NCBI GenBank assembly: GCA_963514005.1
Contig: OY740800.1
Coordinates: forward strand, 29,512,001 to 29,576,000
Reading direction: 5' to 3'
Length of the DNA stretch: 64,000 nt
Source: Raja brachyura
Taxonomy: Eukaryota
In this document: in pieces, positions 39,601 through 51,600 of the stretch
How positions within the stretch are numbered: position 1 is the stretch's first letter
Layout: the number at the start of each line of letters is the position of its first letter
Position numbers and translations under genes: made by a program
Notes under the pieces: model-generated
Seen by the model: the letters and a program-made list of their open reading frames with translations, nothing else
Told to the model about the DNA's origin: nothing
Database searches by the model: none

Positions 39601-42600
39601 TTGGACAGGAATCCCATCCGAGACAAGGTTAGAGGTGACTGGGGACTCCCGGAGTTCCCTCTTTACACAGGGTCAGAGGGGAAAGGAGTCTCTCTGCCCA
39701 CAGGCTCAAACAGTTCAGCAGACATGCTGATTGGGAGGAAATGTCTCAAAATCAATAGGGTCAGTGAGAACGGTGGTCTCTGTCTCTGTCCCCAGAGACA
39801 GCAGGGACAGGGGTCTGGTTGTGCACTGGGAGTGTGGTCACCCCCTACACAGGGACAAGGGGGTCAGGGGACAGAGGCAGTCTGTACACACAGGCAATAG
39901 GACGGGCAGTCAATGTACAAAGTGTAAGTGCATTCAGGGGTCACTTTGTGCACAGGTCAGTGGATCAGAGGTGACCCTCTCCGCAGGATGTGGTGTCAGG
40001 GTTGACCCTGAATGTGTGGGGTCAGGGGTCATTGCAGACCAGTCAGTGGGGTCAAGGTGACCCTGAACACGGTGCATGGGGTCAGGGGTGACTCTGTGGG
40101 GCCAGGGATCACTGTCCTACCGTCTACCTAAACTAACTCACATGTTTCGGCGACGGCCTGCTCAATGCTTCAAGTACTACATTTTCCTAAAACACAGAGA
40201 CACAGAGATAAGCCCAAAAACAAACTCCAGGTCCTCTCCCGATGTAAATCCGTACTGACCACGGTCCCTGGGATAATCCCATACATTGGGTGTGAGGGGT
40301 ATCGACCACCCGACATGATCATCCCTTAGATAGGCACAGAAATCTGGAGTAATTCAGCGGGTCGGGCAGCATCTCTGGAGAAAAGGAATAGGTGACGTTT
40401 CGGGTTGAGACCCTTCATCATCCTTTATACAGGGGCAGGGGTCACTGGTCACAGGGTCAGTGAGATTGGGGGTTCTGCCTAGACTCAGGGTCAGCTGTGA
40501 CTATACAAAGGATCAGAGGTCTCAATGGTCATTCTGCACACAGGGTTCATGGGGTAGAGGTATCTCTCTAAATAGTGTAATGGGGTCAGAGGTGACTGCA
40601 GTGAGTGGGGTCAGGGGTCACTATACAACACAAGGACAGTGGGGCCAGGGACTGCTTTGTACTTGGGGTCAGGGGCCAGCCTCTACACTGGGCGTCAATG
40701 GAGGTGCAGGTGTTACCCTGTACCTTGGGATCAGTTACAAATTCCGAGCAGATAAGTTGACACTCTACAGAATCAATGGTGACAATGACCGGTGCATTGT
40801 TGTACAAAGGACACACTCACTATTTTCTCTGGAGTTTGAACTGTCATCATACTTCTATAGATGGCCTAAAACACAAAAATAATGTCAACAAATCTGAAAA
40901 GGAGAGGACAGGGTCAGACTACACGGGATGGGTGGGCTCAGGGTGGGTGGGAGAGTGTCAGTGTACACGGGATGGCTGGAGAGGGTCAGAAGTTAATGAT
41001 CTTATGGTCGTCACCATATCTAGGGTGAAAGTTGGGTGAGCTCTGCTGTGTGAAGGCGAGACCAACGCATTGTCCACTTGGCACACATACTCGGGCTTCT
41101 CAGCAGTCTGCGGGGCACCGCGCACACGCGACTGTGTACACAGTTGGCATACACCCCAGTATGTGCAGGTGTGCACAGGGCCAGTATCAATAGGACTCTC
41201 TCTGAGTGATGTTACAGAGTGGCATCCAAAGAAGGGTGTTGTGGAGCAGGGAAGGTGCCTTAGACAAGGAACGCATGGACATGGCGAGTGGAAATAAGGC
41301 CATGGTGGGGATGGTGAATGCAGTGGTGTTATTGGCTGTAAAGGACGAGGAGAGCATGATGGACGTCCTGCAAAAATTCAGTGAATAAGAAGCACAGAAT
41401 CCTCAACACAATCGCCGGCGAGGCAACAACGAACGCTGTCCGTCCAATGTGTACGGCCTCAACCAAACACCACAAAAGCCTGATGTCATCTGTGACACCT
41501 CTAATGCCCTCCAACACCTTGCCTGTTTGCAATTCTCTGGTGCTCATCATGGACATACAGTCTCTTTACATCACCATCCCACATCACGAGTGTCCACTGA
41601 GCCTCCACTTCTTCCTTGAATAGAGGCCCAACCAATTTCCCAGCCCAACACACCCATTCACCTGGCCCAACGGCCTCACATTGAACAATTTATTCTTGAA
41701 CTCCACCCACTGGTGCAGCTGTGGGCACTCGCATGAGCTCAAGCCATGGCTGACTTTTTATGGAACAGTCTTTGTGTCAGTCCTATCTGAACCCATTCCC
41801 TCAACTTTTCTCGCAGTGCATCCATGACTACCTTCGTGCTGCTTCCTGCACTCATGTTGAATATTTCATCACTTTTGCTGCCAATTCAACACTGTCCTCA
41901 CCTTCACATGGTCAATCACTGACTATTTTCTTCTCCTTTCTGGACATCTCAATCTCCATCTCAGACCTAGCCACTAAGACTCGTTGCAAGCCTATCGACT
42001 ACCGCAGCTTTCTAGACTACACTTCGTCCTGCCTTCTGCAAGGACGCTGTTCCACTCTCCCAGCCCTTCCATCTCCGTCGTGTTTGCTCCGACAAAGAGA
42101 CTTTCCGTATAGGTGTCTCTGGAACGTCTTCCTTCTTCCTGAACTACAGCTTCCCCTTTAACATTCTTAACAAAGCTCTTGACTGCATCTGATCCACTAC
42201 CCATGCCTCTGCTCTCACCCCTCTCCTACGAAACAGAACAAGAATCGAGCTCCCCTGGTCCTCACCTCCCACCCCACCAGCCTATGCATCCAACAGATCA
42301 CTCTCTCCCATTTCTGCCGCTTCCAGACACATCTCCCTCTCTCCTTCCCTTTCTGTATTTCACAGGGAACGTTCCCTCCAAGGCTCCCTGGTTTCCGTTT
42401 GCACCAACCACCCCGTTTCTTACAGCACTTTCCCTGCACCTACAAGTGATACATTTGTCTTTTCACCTCTTACCACTATCCAGGGACGCAAATAGTTTAT
42501 CCAGGTGAAGTAGTCATTACAATCTAGCGGACTGCATTCAATGTTCACAGCATGGTCTCCTCCACACTGGGGAAACCAAAATCATTGGGTAACCGCTTTG

Positions 42601-45600
42601 TGGAACATCTGCCTTCAGACCACAGAGGATAGCAATAGATAGACATCACGACTGGCCGGCTTAGATGAAGTGAGCTTAAGGCCAGTTCCTGTGCTGTACG
42701 ATTCCACGATTCATAGTATTTGCTGCTCAAGATATAATCTCCTCTGCACCAAGGAGACTAAATGCAGGGTGAACTCTGTGGAGAACCCAAAATGGGCCGA
42801 ACTTTCATTTGTCCATCACATTAATCTGCCCTCTTGCTTCCATCTCATGCTTAGCCTCTTTCACACTGCAAAGGAAACCGTGAGGAATTGCACCTTGTCT
42901 CCTAGCAAGGCACTGAACACCTGGGCAACCTACACCTGATGTCAACCACCAGATCAGCAGCACTACCGCTTGCAATTCGATTTCCAGCATCTGTAACATT
43001 TCTAAACATTTCTCCCTCCCCTGTCTGTACCTCCTCCAGGCCCACCCTCCGTTTCTTGACTTCAAGCCAAGACCAAGAGTCAAGAGAGTTTCTTGTCATG
43101 TGTCCCTGACAGGCCAATGAAATTCTTGCTTTGCTTCAGCACAACAGAACATAGTAGGCATTGACTACAAAACAGATCAGTGCATCCATATACCATTCTA
43201 TACGTAAATACACACATGACTTGGCTCAGTGTCACCGTCTGACCCACACCCATCACCTTGCCCAGTCTCTCCGGCCCAACGGCAGAGATCTACCCCTCCA
43301 TTCCCGTCATCCCTCTGCATCCTCAAACTATGTCCAGATGAAGGATCGTTGAGCTGAAAGATTAACGCTTTCTCTCTCGCTATCTGACCTACTGCGTATC
43401 TCCAGCATTTCCTGTTTTTATATAGTCTTGATCCTTGGAGAAAAGTTAGGTAAAAATCAGAATTAAATCAACAATTTCCACTCAAGGGGCTGGACTGCAA
43501 CAGTCTGTACAAGGGGTACACATGGTCCTGGTGCAAAGCCAGCTGGAGCGGTGTGAGCAGCTCGGAAGCACACTCCAAACCAGAATGCCCTGATGGTGTC
43601 TGTGCCCTCCACCCAGGGTTTAATGCAGACTCCACAAACTAGGCAAGTTTAGCCTGGCATCTGGAGGATTCCTTCCCGATTTTTCTAATATAAATCAGAA
43701 CAACAAGGAGAGATAGAAAACGAGTGACTTTTATGATTGGGCGGATGAAACACAACGGACTCAGTTTAACGGAGAGAATTAGTCTGCTGGGAAATGGGGA
43801 ACGTGAAAATAGGTTGGAAGTGTGAGTGGCTCTCCTGTAAATGGCAGCTGAAGGCATGCTGTTCACATTAAACATAAAGTTTTTGCTAATCAAGGCATAT
43901 TAACAGGAAAAGAAGCTGGAGGGAGATGCGTCACTTGGAGGGAGAAGCGTCACGTGGAGGGTCACAAAGTGGCTACACATAATGATTAAATAATGAATTC
44001 CTCTTACAATGAAAACAGTATCCACAGGTTCACGGGTCACAGTGTACATGCTGATACAAGGGTCAAGGGTCAGTAGATTGCGAGGTCACAGTGTATTGGT
44101 CAATGCAGGGGATGAGGTAATACTGTTCAATGGGATCAGAGTTCACAGTGTACCAGTCAGTACATGGGTGAGGGGTCAGTCTACACGATGTCAGCAGGTT
44201 TAGAGGTCCTTGTGTACATTAGCAGTGGTGTCAGGAGTCACGCTGTACCAGTCTATACAATGGTGGGAATTGCTCTGTACACGGGGTTAGTGGGTTCAGT
44301 GATTATGTGCGTGGATCACTGGGTTCAAGGGTCACACTGCACATGGGGTCAGGGGGTTCAGGGGTTACACCGTACATTGGGGTCAGTGGGTGAGGACAGG
44401 CTCAGTCTGTAGACAGGGTCGAGCTCAAGGGGAACTTGGGCCAAGGTGCTTAATGAGCTGAAAGCCTCAGTCACTACACTAGAGGGCAAACTCACTGATT
44501 TCTCAAGGTCTGCTGCTGTACGATTTAAAAGGCCCTGAAATGGGAAAGAAATAGAATCAAATCATTCATCCATTATCATAAACCATTCGAGAAACAAGAG
44601 TGCGGAGGAGAGGAGTTTGGAAGATCTTTTATCACACAGTCAGTGAAGGAAATGAGCAACATGGTTGGTGGGGCCAGGGGTCAGTTTGTGCACTGTGTGT
44701 GGGGTCAGGGTAGGGGGAGCACAGTGAGTTGGGGCAGTCCAGTCCACAGTCCAGTTAGTACATGGGTGATGGGTCAGTCTATACAAGGTCAGCCGGTTTA
44801 GGGATCCTTGTGAACAGTAGCAGTGGTGTCAGGAGTCACGCTGTACCAGTCTATACAGTGGAGGGGGGGGGGGGGGATTGCTCTGTACACATGGTTAGTG
44901 GGTTCAGTGATTATGTGCGTGGATCACTGGGTTCAAGGGTCACATTGCGTACATGGATCAGGAGGTTCAAGGGTCACACTGCACATGGGGTCAGGGGTTC
45001 AGGGGTTACACCCTACATGGAGGTCATGAAGTGAGGACAGGCTCTGTAGACAGGGTCTAGTTCAAGAGGAACATGGGTCAAGGTGCTTAATGAGCTGAAA
45101 GCCTCAGTCACCACACTAGAGGGCAAACTCACTGATTTCTCAGCTGATGTAGGTGTACGGCTTAAAAATCCCTAAAATTGGAAAGAAATAAAATAAAATC
45201 ATTCATCCATCCATTATCATAAACCATTCAAGACAAAAGTGTGTGGAGGAGAGGAGCCCAGAAGATCTTTTATCACACAGTCAGTGAAGTAAATGAGAAG
45301 CATGGTTGGTGGGGGCCAAGGATCAGTCTGTGCACTGTGTGTGGGGTCAGGGTAGGGGCAGCACAGTGAGTTGGTGCAGGTGACTGTGTTTAGGACAGTG
45401 GGGCCAGGGGTCACTCTGTAGAAATGGTGAGTGGGGTCATGGGTCACAGTATTCACAGGTGAGTGGGGTTGTCATTCCCTCTATGGCCTGGGTGCAGCGG
45501 TAGAGTTTATACATTACAGGGCCCCCGGTTCGATCCTAGCTACAAGCGCTGTCTGTACGGAGTTGGGACGTTCTCCCAGTGACTGCGTGGGTTTTCCCCG

Positions 45601-48600
45601 GGTGCTCCAGTTTCCTCCCACGCACCAAAGATGTACAGGTTTGTAGGTTAATTGGCTTCTGTAAAAACTGTAAATTGTCCCTAGTGTGCAGGATAGTGCT
45701 AGTGTATGGGAATCGCTGGTCGGCGCCGACTCAGTGGGCCAAAGGGCCTGTTTCCACACGGTATCTCTAAACTAAACTAAACTGCTGGGACTAACTCACT
45801 TGTTTGTCTGCCAGCCTGCTCATTGTTCCACGTTCTATATTATCCTAAAAGACAGAGACAAAGAGGTAAACCCACCAATAATCTCCAGGTCCGCTCTCAG
45901 TGTAAATCTGAACAGGCCAGGGTGCCCGGAATGGTTCCCTGCACTGAGTGTGAGGGGCATGGACATCAACCTGACATCATTATCCATTATACAGGGTCAG
46001 GGATCACTGGACATCAGGTCAGGGATCAGGGTTCTGTCTATACTTGGGGCCGCGGGGTCACAGGGCACAAGACCACGATCACCATACAGAGGGTCAGAGT
46101 TTCCAGTGGTCACTCTGGACCCAGGTTCCATAGGGACAGAGATTTCTCTGTACTCATGACCAGGGATCACTGAACACAGAGTCTGAGTGGTCAAGCGACG
46201 CTCTGTATACAGGGTAAGTGCGATCAATTTATTGGGGCAGCAGGGAAGGGGGTCTTTCTCTGTACATAGAGTGAGGGTGGGCAAGGGTTTTTTGTTAAAC
46301 ACAGGGTGAGCAGGGTGTCAACTCACTGATTTCTGATAAGAGGGGTCAGGGGGTCACTGTCCTCGCAGGGTGAGTGGGGTCAGGGGTCACTGTACTCACA
46401 GGGTGAGCGGGGGTCAGGGGTCGCTGTACTCACTGGGTTAGTGGGGTCAGGGGTCACTGTACTCGCAGGGTGAATGGGGTCAGGGGTCACTGTACTAGCA
46501 GGGTTAGGGGTCAGGGATCACTGTACTCGCAGGGCGAGTGGGGTCAGGGGTCACTGTACTCACAGGGCAAGTGGGGTCAGGGGTCACTGTACTCACAGGC
46601 CGAGTGGGGTCAGGGGTCACTGTACTCACAGGGCGAGTGGGGTCAGGGGTCACTGTACTCACAGGGCGAGTGGGGTCAGGGGTCACTGTACTCACAGGGT
46701 GAATGGGGTCAGGGGTCACTGTACTCACAGGGTGAGTGGGGTAAGGGGTCACTGTACTCACGGGGTGAGTGGGGTCAGGGGTCACTGTACTCACAGGGTG
46801 AGTGGGGTCAGGGGTCACTGTACTCACGAGGTGAGTGGGGTTGACGTTCCTTCTACCTGAACTAACTCACATGTCTCACTGACAAGTTGCTTCTTGTCTC
46901 AAGTTCTCCATCACCCTAAAACAGAAACACAGAGAGAAATTCATCAACTGATGCTGGGGGTCTGTGCCGATCCCCTGGGTCCCCGGGTCGGCACCTCAGT
47001 GGAAGAGCAGGTAGTATCCTCGAGGGTGGGACTGCAGTCTGTGGAGGGACATGATGAGAACTGGACAGCAGCCACTGGACAAGGGTGACAATATAGCAGC
47101 GTTACTGGAGCATGGTGGACATTGCTGCCCTGGCCCTCGTGGAAACAACGGAGATGGCTAAATGACCTTTGAACGCAGAGCCAACCAAGCATGTGGGCCT
47201 CCACGACCATGGACTAGATGGGCCGAATGGTCTGTGTTGTAAGGCCTGCAGAACCTGCGCACAGTAGGTACTCACGAACACAGCGTGAAATTAGCTGCAG
47301 ATACTTGTGACCATAACTGGAAGTGGGACTGCAGAACCTGTGAACACTGTGTGAAGCGGGTTGGTGGATAATTATGAACACAGTGAGACTGCTGACACTC
47401 ATGCACACAGTGTTAAGTAGGCTTGTGAATACTCACAAACACGGTGTGAAACAGCTTTCTGGATAATTGTGAACAACAGGATGTAGGCTCAAGGATGCTA
47501 GTTCAAAGTGGGACGTGGGGCAGTTTAACAGAGCAGGAAGTGTGTCAGTCAACATCTATAAACACGGCTGAAGGTGAGTAGTAGTGAATACAGTGGGGTG
47601 GGCTCATGGAGACACCTGAACACAATGGGAAGAGGCCTGCAGACATCGTAAACACAGTGTGATGTAGGCTTGTGAACACGTGAGCAAAGTGCGAAGTGGG
47701 CCTATGGATACTTGTGAACACAGTGTGAAGTCGGCTTGTGGAGGTTAGCACAAAGTGGAATGAGGGGCAGCGACATGGCAAGCAGGAAGTGAACTAGAAA
47801 ACTCTTGTAAAACTCAGCTAAAGGTGACCAGTAGTGCACGTGGGAAGTGGACACTTGTGAACTCATTGGGCAATGGACGTCACTGGTAAACATTGGAGTG
47901 GATTAATGGGCTAGTTGTGGATGGTCTAGTCTAGTGGATACTAGTGAATGCAATCAGGAGTGGATTAATGGACACTGGTGAATACTGTGAAGATCAGTGA
48001 TGGGAGGCACTTGTTTACCTCGATGTTGATTCAGGACATGTGTAAGCCCATGTCAGGACCACAGACTGTGTAGGACACTAAATAGTCCAACTCCCTGGAC
48101 CGGTCGTCCAATTCTCTCCACCTTCGACTTTGAAAATCAGTCTTTACAGGCTCAGTCTAAACAACTACTCATATCCATCTCACAACCTTCAGCGTTTGTG
48201 CTGCCACGTCCAGCGGTGATGGAACCTAAACCAGATCCATCCTTGTGCTTCTACCCTGTGGTAGCAGAATCACTGGTACAAATGAGCAGGCAACACTTCC
48301 CTCCCCTCTCCTCAGAAGCTTACCTTTGGCATCCGTTTGCGTGTGATATTCTGTCCCAGCCTGGTTAGGAACGAGATGGGCGATTTTGTGGTAACTCCAA
48401 TGGTGGATGAGTGAAATCCCAGCAGGTATTCTGTAGGGGAGAAGTCCATTCATAACTTTAGCCCAGTGGCTGCAAATGCAGAATGAGTCAGTACAGCTGA
48501 TGACAAGTCGCCTATATGAACAGGACCTGCACTTAAACCTGTTCCATTGAACAGGTAAATATTCCATTGGTAAATATTCTCAATAACCACCTTAATTAAA

Positions 48601-51600
48601 GGCCACAAACAAATGCATCATTGAAGGAGCATCTATCTGGCTCTTCATATCATTGTTCTTTGAGACTATTCAGTCTGGCCTAACTGCCTGCTCTTTCAAT
48701 TTTTACAATTTTTTTCTCTCTCAGACTTTTCCGATTCCCTTGCCTCTGAATCTGGTGGCATGCACCCCTGAAGCTAACCACTTACTGCATTTGCTTTCCT
48801 CTTACAACCCAGATTCTTGAGCACACCAATTTAAATCTGTTCCCCTACGGTGTCAATCAAACTCACGATTTCCGACCATTGGTCCAGACCCTGTGGTACT
48901 TGATCAATAACACGATAATATCTCATTCTGTAACACATGTCACTTGCTAATAATCACATATCAACAGCCACATCCTGGATTAGTGGCCCTTTCACAAGGT
49001 GGAGTAGCTGGAGTACAAATCTAACTACACTTACCATACGCTTGAATACCAGTACAGACCAGAGCGTTAACCACAAATAGACCAGTACAGACCAGAGTAT
49101 TAACCACTTAACACTCCAACAATATTACTCTTGGAGTATTAGTCCTTTACCACAAAAACTGTACTACTACACCCTGGAGTATTAGTTAATTAACAAAATG
49201 ATTGTATCACCACAAAATGGAGATGTTATTTAACACAAGTTCACTGATAGTTCTGCTATAAAGCAAAAGTTGTGTTCCTAAGAAAGTTTGTGATATAGTT
49301 AATTAACTGTGTTATAAAACAATTGTGTCAAAGGAGAAAAGGGGGGGGGGGGGGTTTGGGGCTAGAGTGTTTCAGATTCATAGTAACAACATTATTTCTC
49401 GCACAAGATTTTCAAAAATAAAGGTATTTAAGTTTGCAAGCTAAAAACACTGAAGAATGTATGTTACATTGTTTAATTGAGTTCCATTGCACAAGTGGCA
49501 ATAAAAGTGACAAAGTACTATTCTCAAGACCTCCAGCAGTGAATTGTGTTCTTAAGTGAGAATGGTGTCTGATTATTGCAAGCAGGTTTCATGGGGGCAA
49601 TTTCTTTTCCCCCCAAGGCAGCTGTTATTCTGCTTGTTAATTTTCAAAGTAACTTTGAAGTGGTTCTCTAGCTCCCGATAGAATGTGTGTGATTAATAAT
49701 TCGGCCCTCGTAATACAAATACTGTTCTCTAAATAACGGAAATTCACCTTAATGGAATTCATAAATCATTGTTGAAAAATTTGAGATACAGAATAAAATT
49801 TGCTCCTATGGAAATTATGTGGGTAAAACGCAAATAAATTAACATAGTTTCATTTCAACTGACAATTCTCAATGGATGCACGAGTAGGTGACGTGGCTTT
49901 CCGTTGTGGAAAATCCCAATAAGGGTCAATTGTTACAAACACAACCCCCTCCCCCCAAGAGGTCACCTGTACAGATTCATTTACACCATGGCTATACTAC
50001 AACAACTTGCAGTATTCATTTATTAACACAATGGTGCTACCACATCCTGAAGCCCAAGTCTCCTGTGAGCCACTCTCTCTCCAAACAGTCCAGCTCCGCA
50101 CTGATGGCTCACACTTCTCACTGGGACCATATGCCAGGGATCAATTCCCAATCCTCCAACCTACCTCGTTGCAGCCTCTGCACTTTTTTAAAATCTGCAA
50201 ATTCTCTGCAGCTGTAACACTATATTCTGCACTCTGTTTATCTTCCTACTTCCACTACCTGATGTACTCATGTAGCACGCAAAACAAAGTTTTCCACTGT
50301 ATCTCCCATACACCAAAGAAGTACAGGTTTGTAGGTTAATTGGGTTGGTATAAATGTAAAATTGGCCCCAGAGGGTGAAGTGTTGATGTGCGGGATCGCT
50401 GGTCGGTGTGGACTTGGTAGGCCTGAAGAGCCTGTTATCGCACTCCAGCTTTAAACTAAACTAAGGAAGGCACAACCAATCTCCCAGAAATACTAGGGGA
50501 CTGAGGATCTAATGGGAGGGAGGAACTGAAGGGAACCCAATTTGGTTAGGAAATGGTGTTAGGTAAACTGTTGGGACTGAAAGCAGATAAATCCCCAGGG
50601 CCTGATGGTCTGCATCTCAGAGTGCACAAGGAGGTGGCCCTAGAAATCAAGGTGATCATTTTCCAATGTTTTCTCGACTCTGGATCAGTTCCTGTGGACA
50701 GGAGGGTAGCCAATGTAACTCCACTTTTTAAGAAAGGAGGGAGAGCGAAAACAGGGAATTATAGACCAATTAGCCTTACAACGGCAGTGGGGAAGATTCT
50801 CGAGTTGATTATTAAAGATGTTATAGCAGCACATTTGGAAAGCTGTGACAGGATCGGTCAAAGTCAGCATGGATTTATGGAGGAGAAATTATGCATGATT
50901 TATCTTCTAGATTTTTTTGAGGATGTAAGAAGTAGAATGGATAAGGGAGAGCCAGTGGATGTGGTGTATCTGGACTTTCAAAAGGCCTTTGACAAGGTCC
51001 CACATGATAGATTAGTGTGCAAAATTAGAGCACAAGGTATTGGGGGTAGGGTACTGACATGGATAGAGAACTTGTTGGCAGACAGGAAGCAAAGATTAGG
51101 AATTAACGGGTCTTTTTCAGAATTGCAGGCAATGACTAATGGGGTGCCGCAAGGCTCGGTGCTGGGACCCCAGTTATTTACAATATATATTAACGATTTA
51201 GATGTGGGAATTAAATGTGACATCTCCAAGTTTGCAGATGACACAAAGCTGGGTGGCAGTGTGAGCTGTGAGGAGGATGCTATGAGGCTGCAGGGTGACT
51301 TGGATAGGTTGGGTGAGTCGGCATATGCATGGCAGATGTAATATAATGTGGATAAATGTGAGGTTATCCACATTGGTGGCAAGAACAGGAAGGCATATTA
51401 TTATTTGAATGGTAGACACAAAATGCTGGAGTAACTCAGAGGGACAGGCAGCATCTGTGGAGAGAAGGAATGGGTGATGTTTCGGGTTGAGACCCTTCAT
51501 CAGACTCATGACAGGGGAGTGGGCGGGACAGAGATAGAATGTAATCTGAGGCAGTAAGACTGGCGGGAGATTTGGGAAGGGGGAGGGGATGGAGAGAGAG

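Larger units (their letters stand above)
36080..39650. repeat. Tandem duplication, ~1560-bp period
   Basis: Microexons at 36257/37816/39382; duplicated MITE and Penelope remnant. Confidence 0.9.
44150..45390. repeat. Older two-copy tandem duplication (~600-640 bp), each copy with a 39-nt microexon
   Basis: Shared blocks such as ggtgcttaatgagctgaaagcctcagtcac near 44445 and 45082. Confidence 0.85.
16165..46915 (-). other. Tandem array of 33 homologous microexon copies within the MICAL gene (28 intact, 5 frameshifted)
   Basis: Recurring minus-strand pattern gtgttt(g/c)tgttttag | 39-48 nt | gtgagtt, read copy by copy. Confidence 0.85.

Noticed and set aside
39109-39900. 263-aa plus-strand ORF and similar [11 protein letters not shown] ORFs
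   Set aside because: Antisense reading of the repeat unit; paralogous units have stops and frameshifts, and the splice signals are on the minus strand.
41063-41107. 45-nt candidate exon [15 protein letters not shown]
   Set aside because: Donor GTCTCG is poor and the array's acceptor context is missing; length probably coincidental.
45488-45545. tRNA gene
   Set aside because: Degenerate tRNA-derived head of a SINE; no cloverleaf.
46318-46340. Fragment actcactgatttct resembling the 3' end and donor of the 39-nt exons
   Set aside because: Truncated by the minisatellite with no acceptor; not counted as a copy.
46470-46860. Repetitive ORFs ([11 protein letters not shown]; GVRGHCTHR; VTPDPTHP) as a protein
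   Set aside because: Products of a 33-bp minisatellite that is open in several frames on both strands; no gene structure.
16165-46915. CRISPR-like or RSS-flanked (V(D)J-type) segment array
   Set aside because: Eukaryotic intron context. Spacing is hundreds of bp and the intervening DNA is itself duplicated. The conserved edges are splice signals. cacagtg occurs, but I saw no consistent heptamer-12/23-nonamer geometry.
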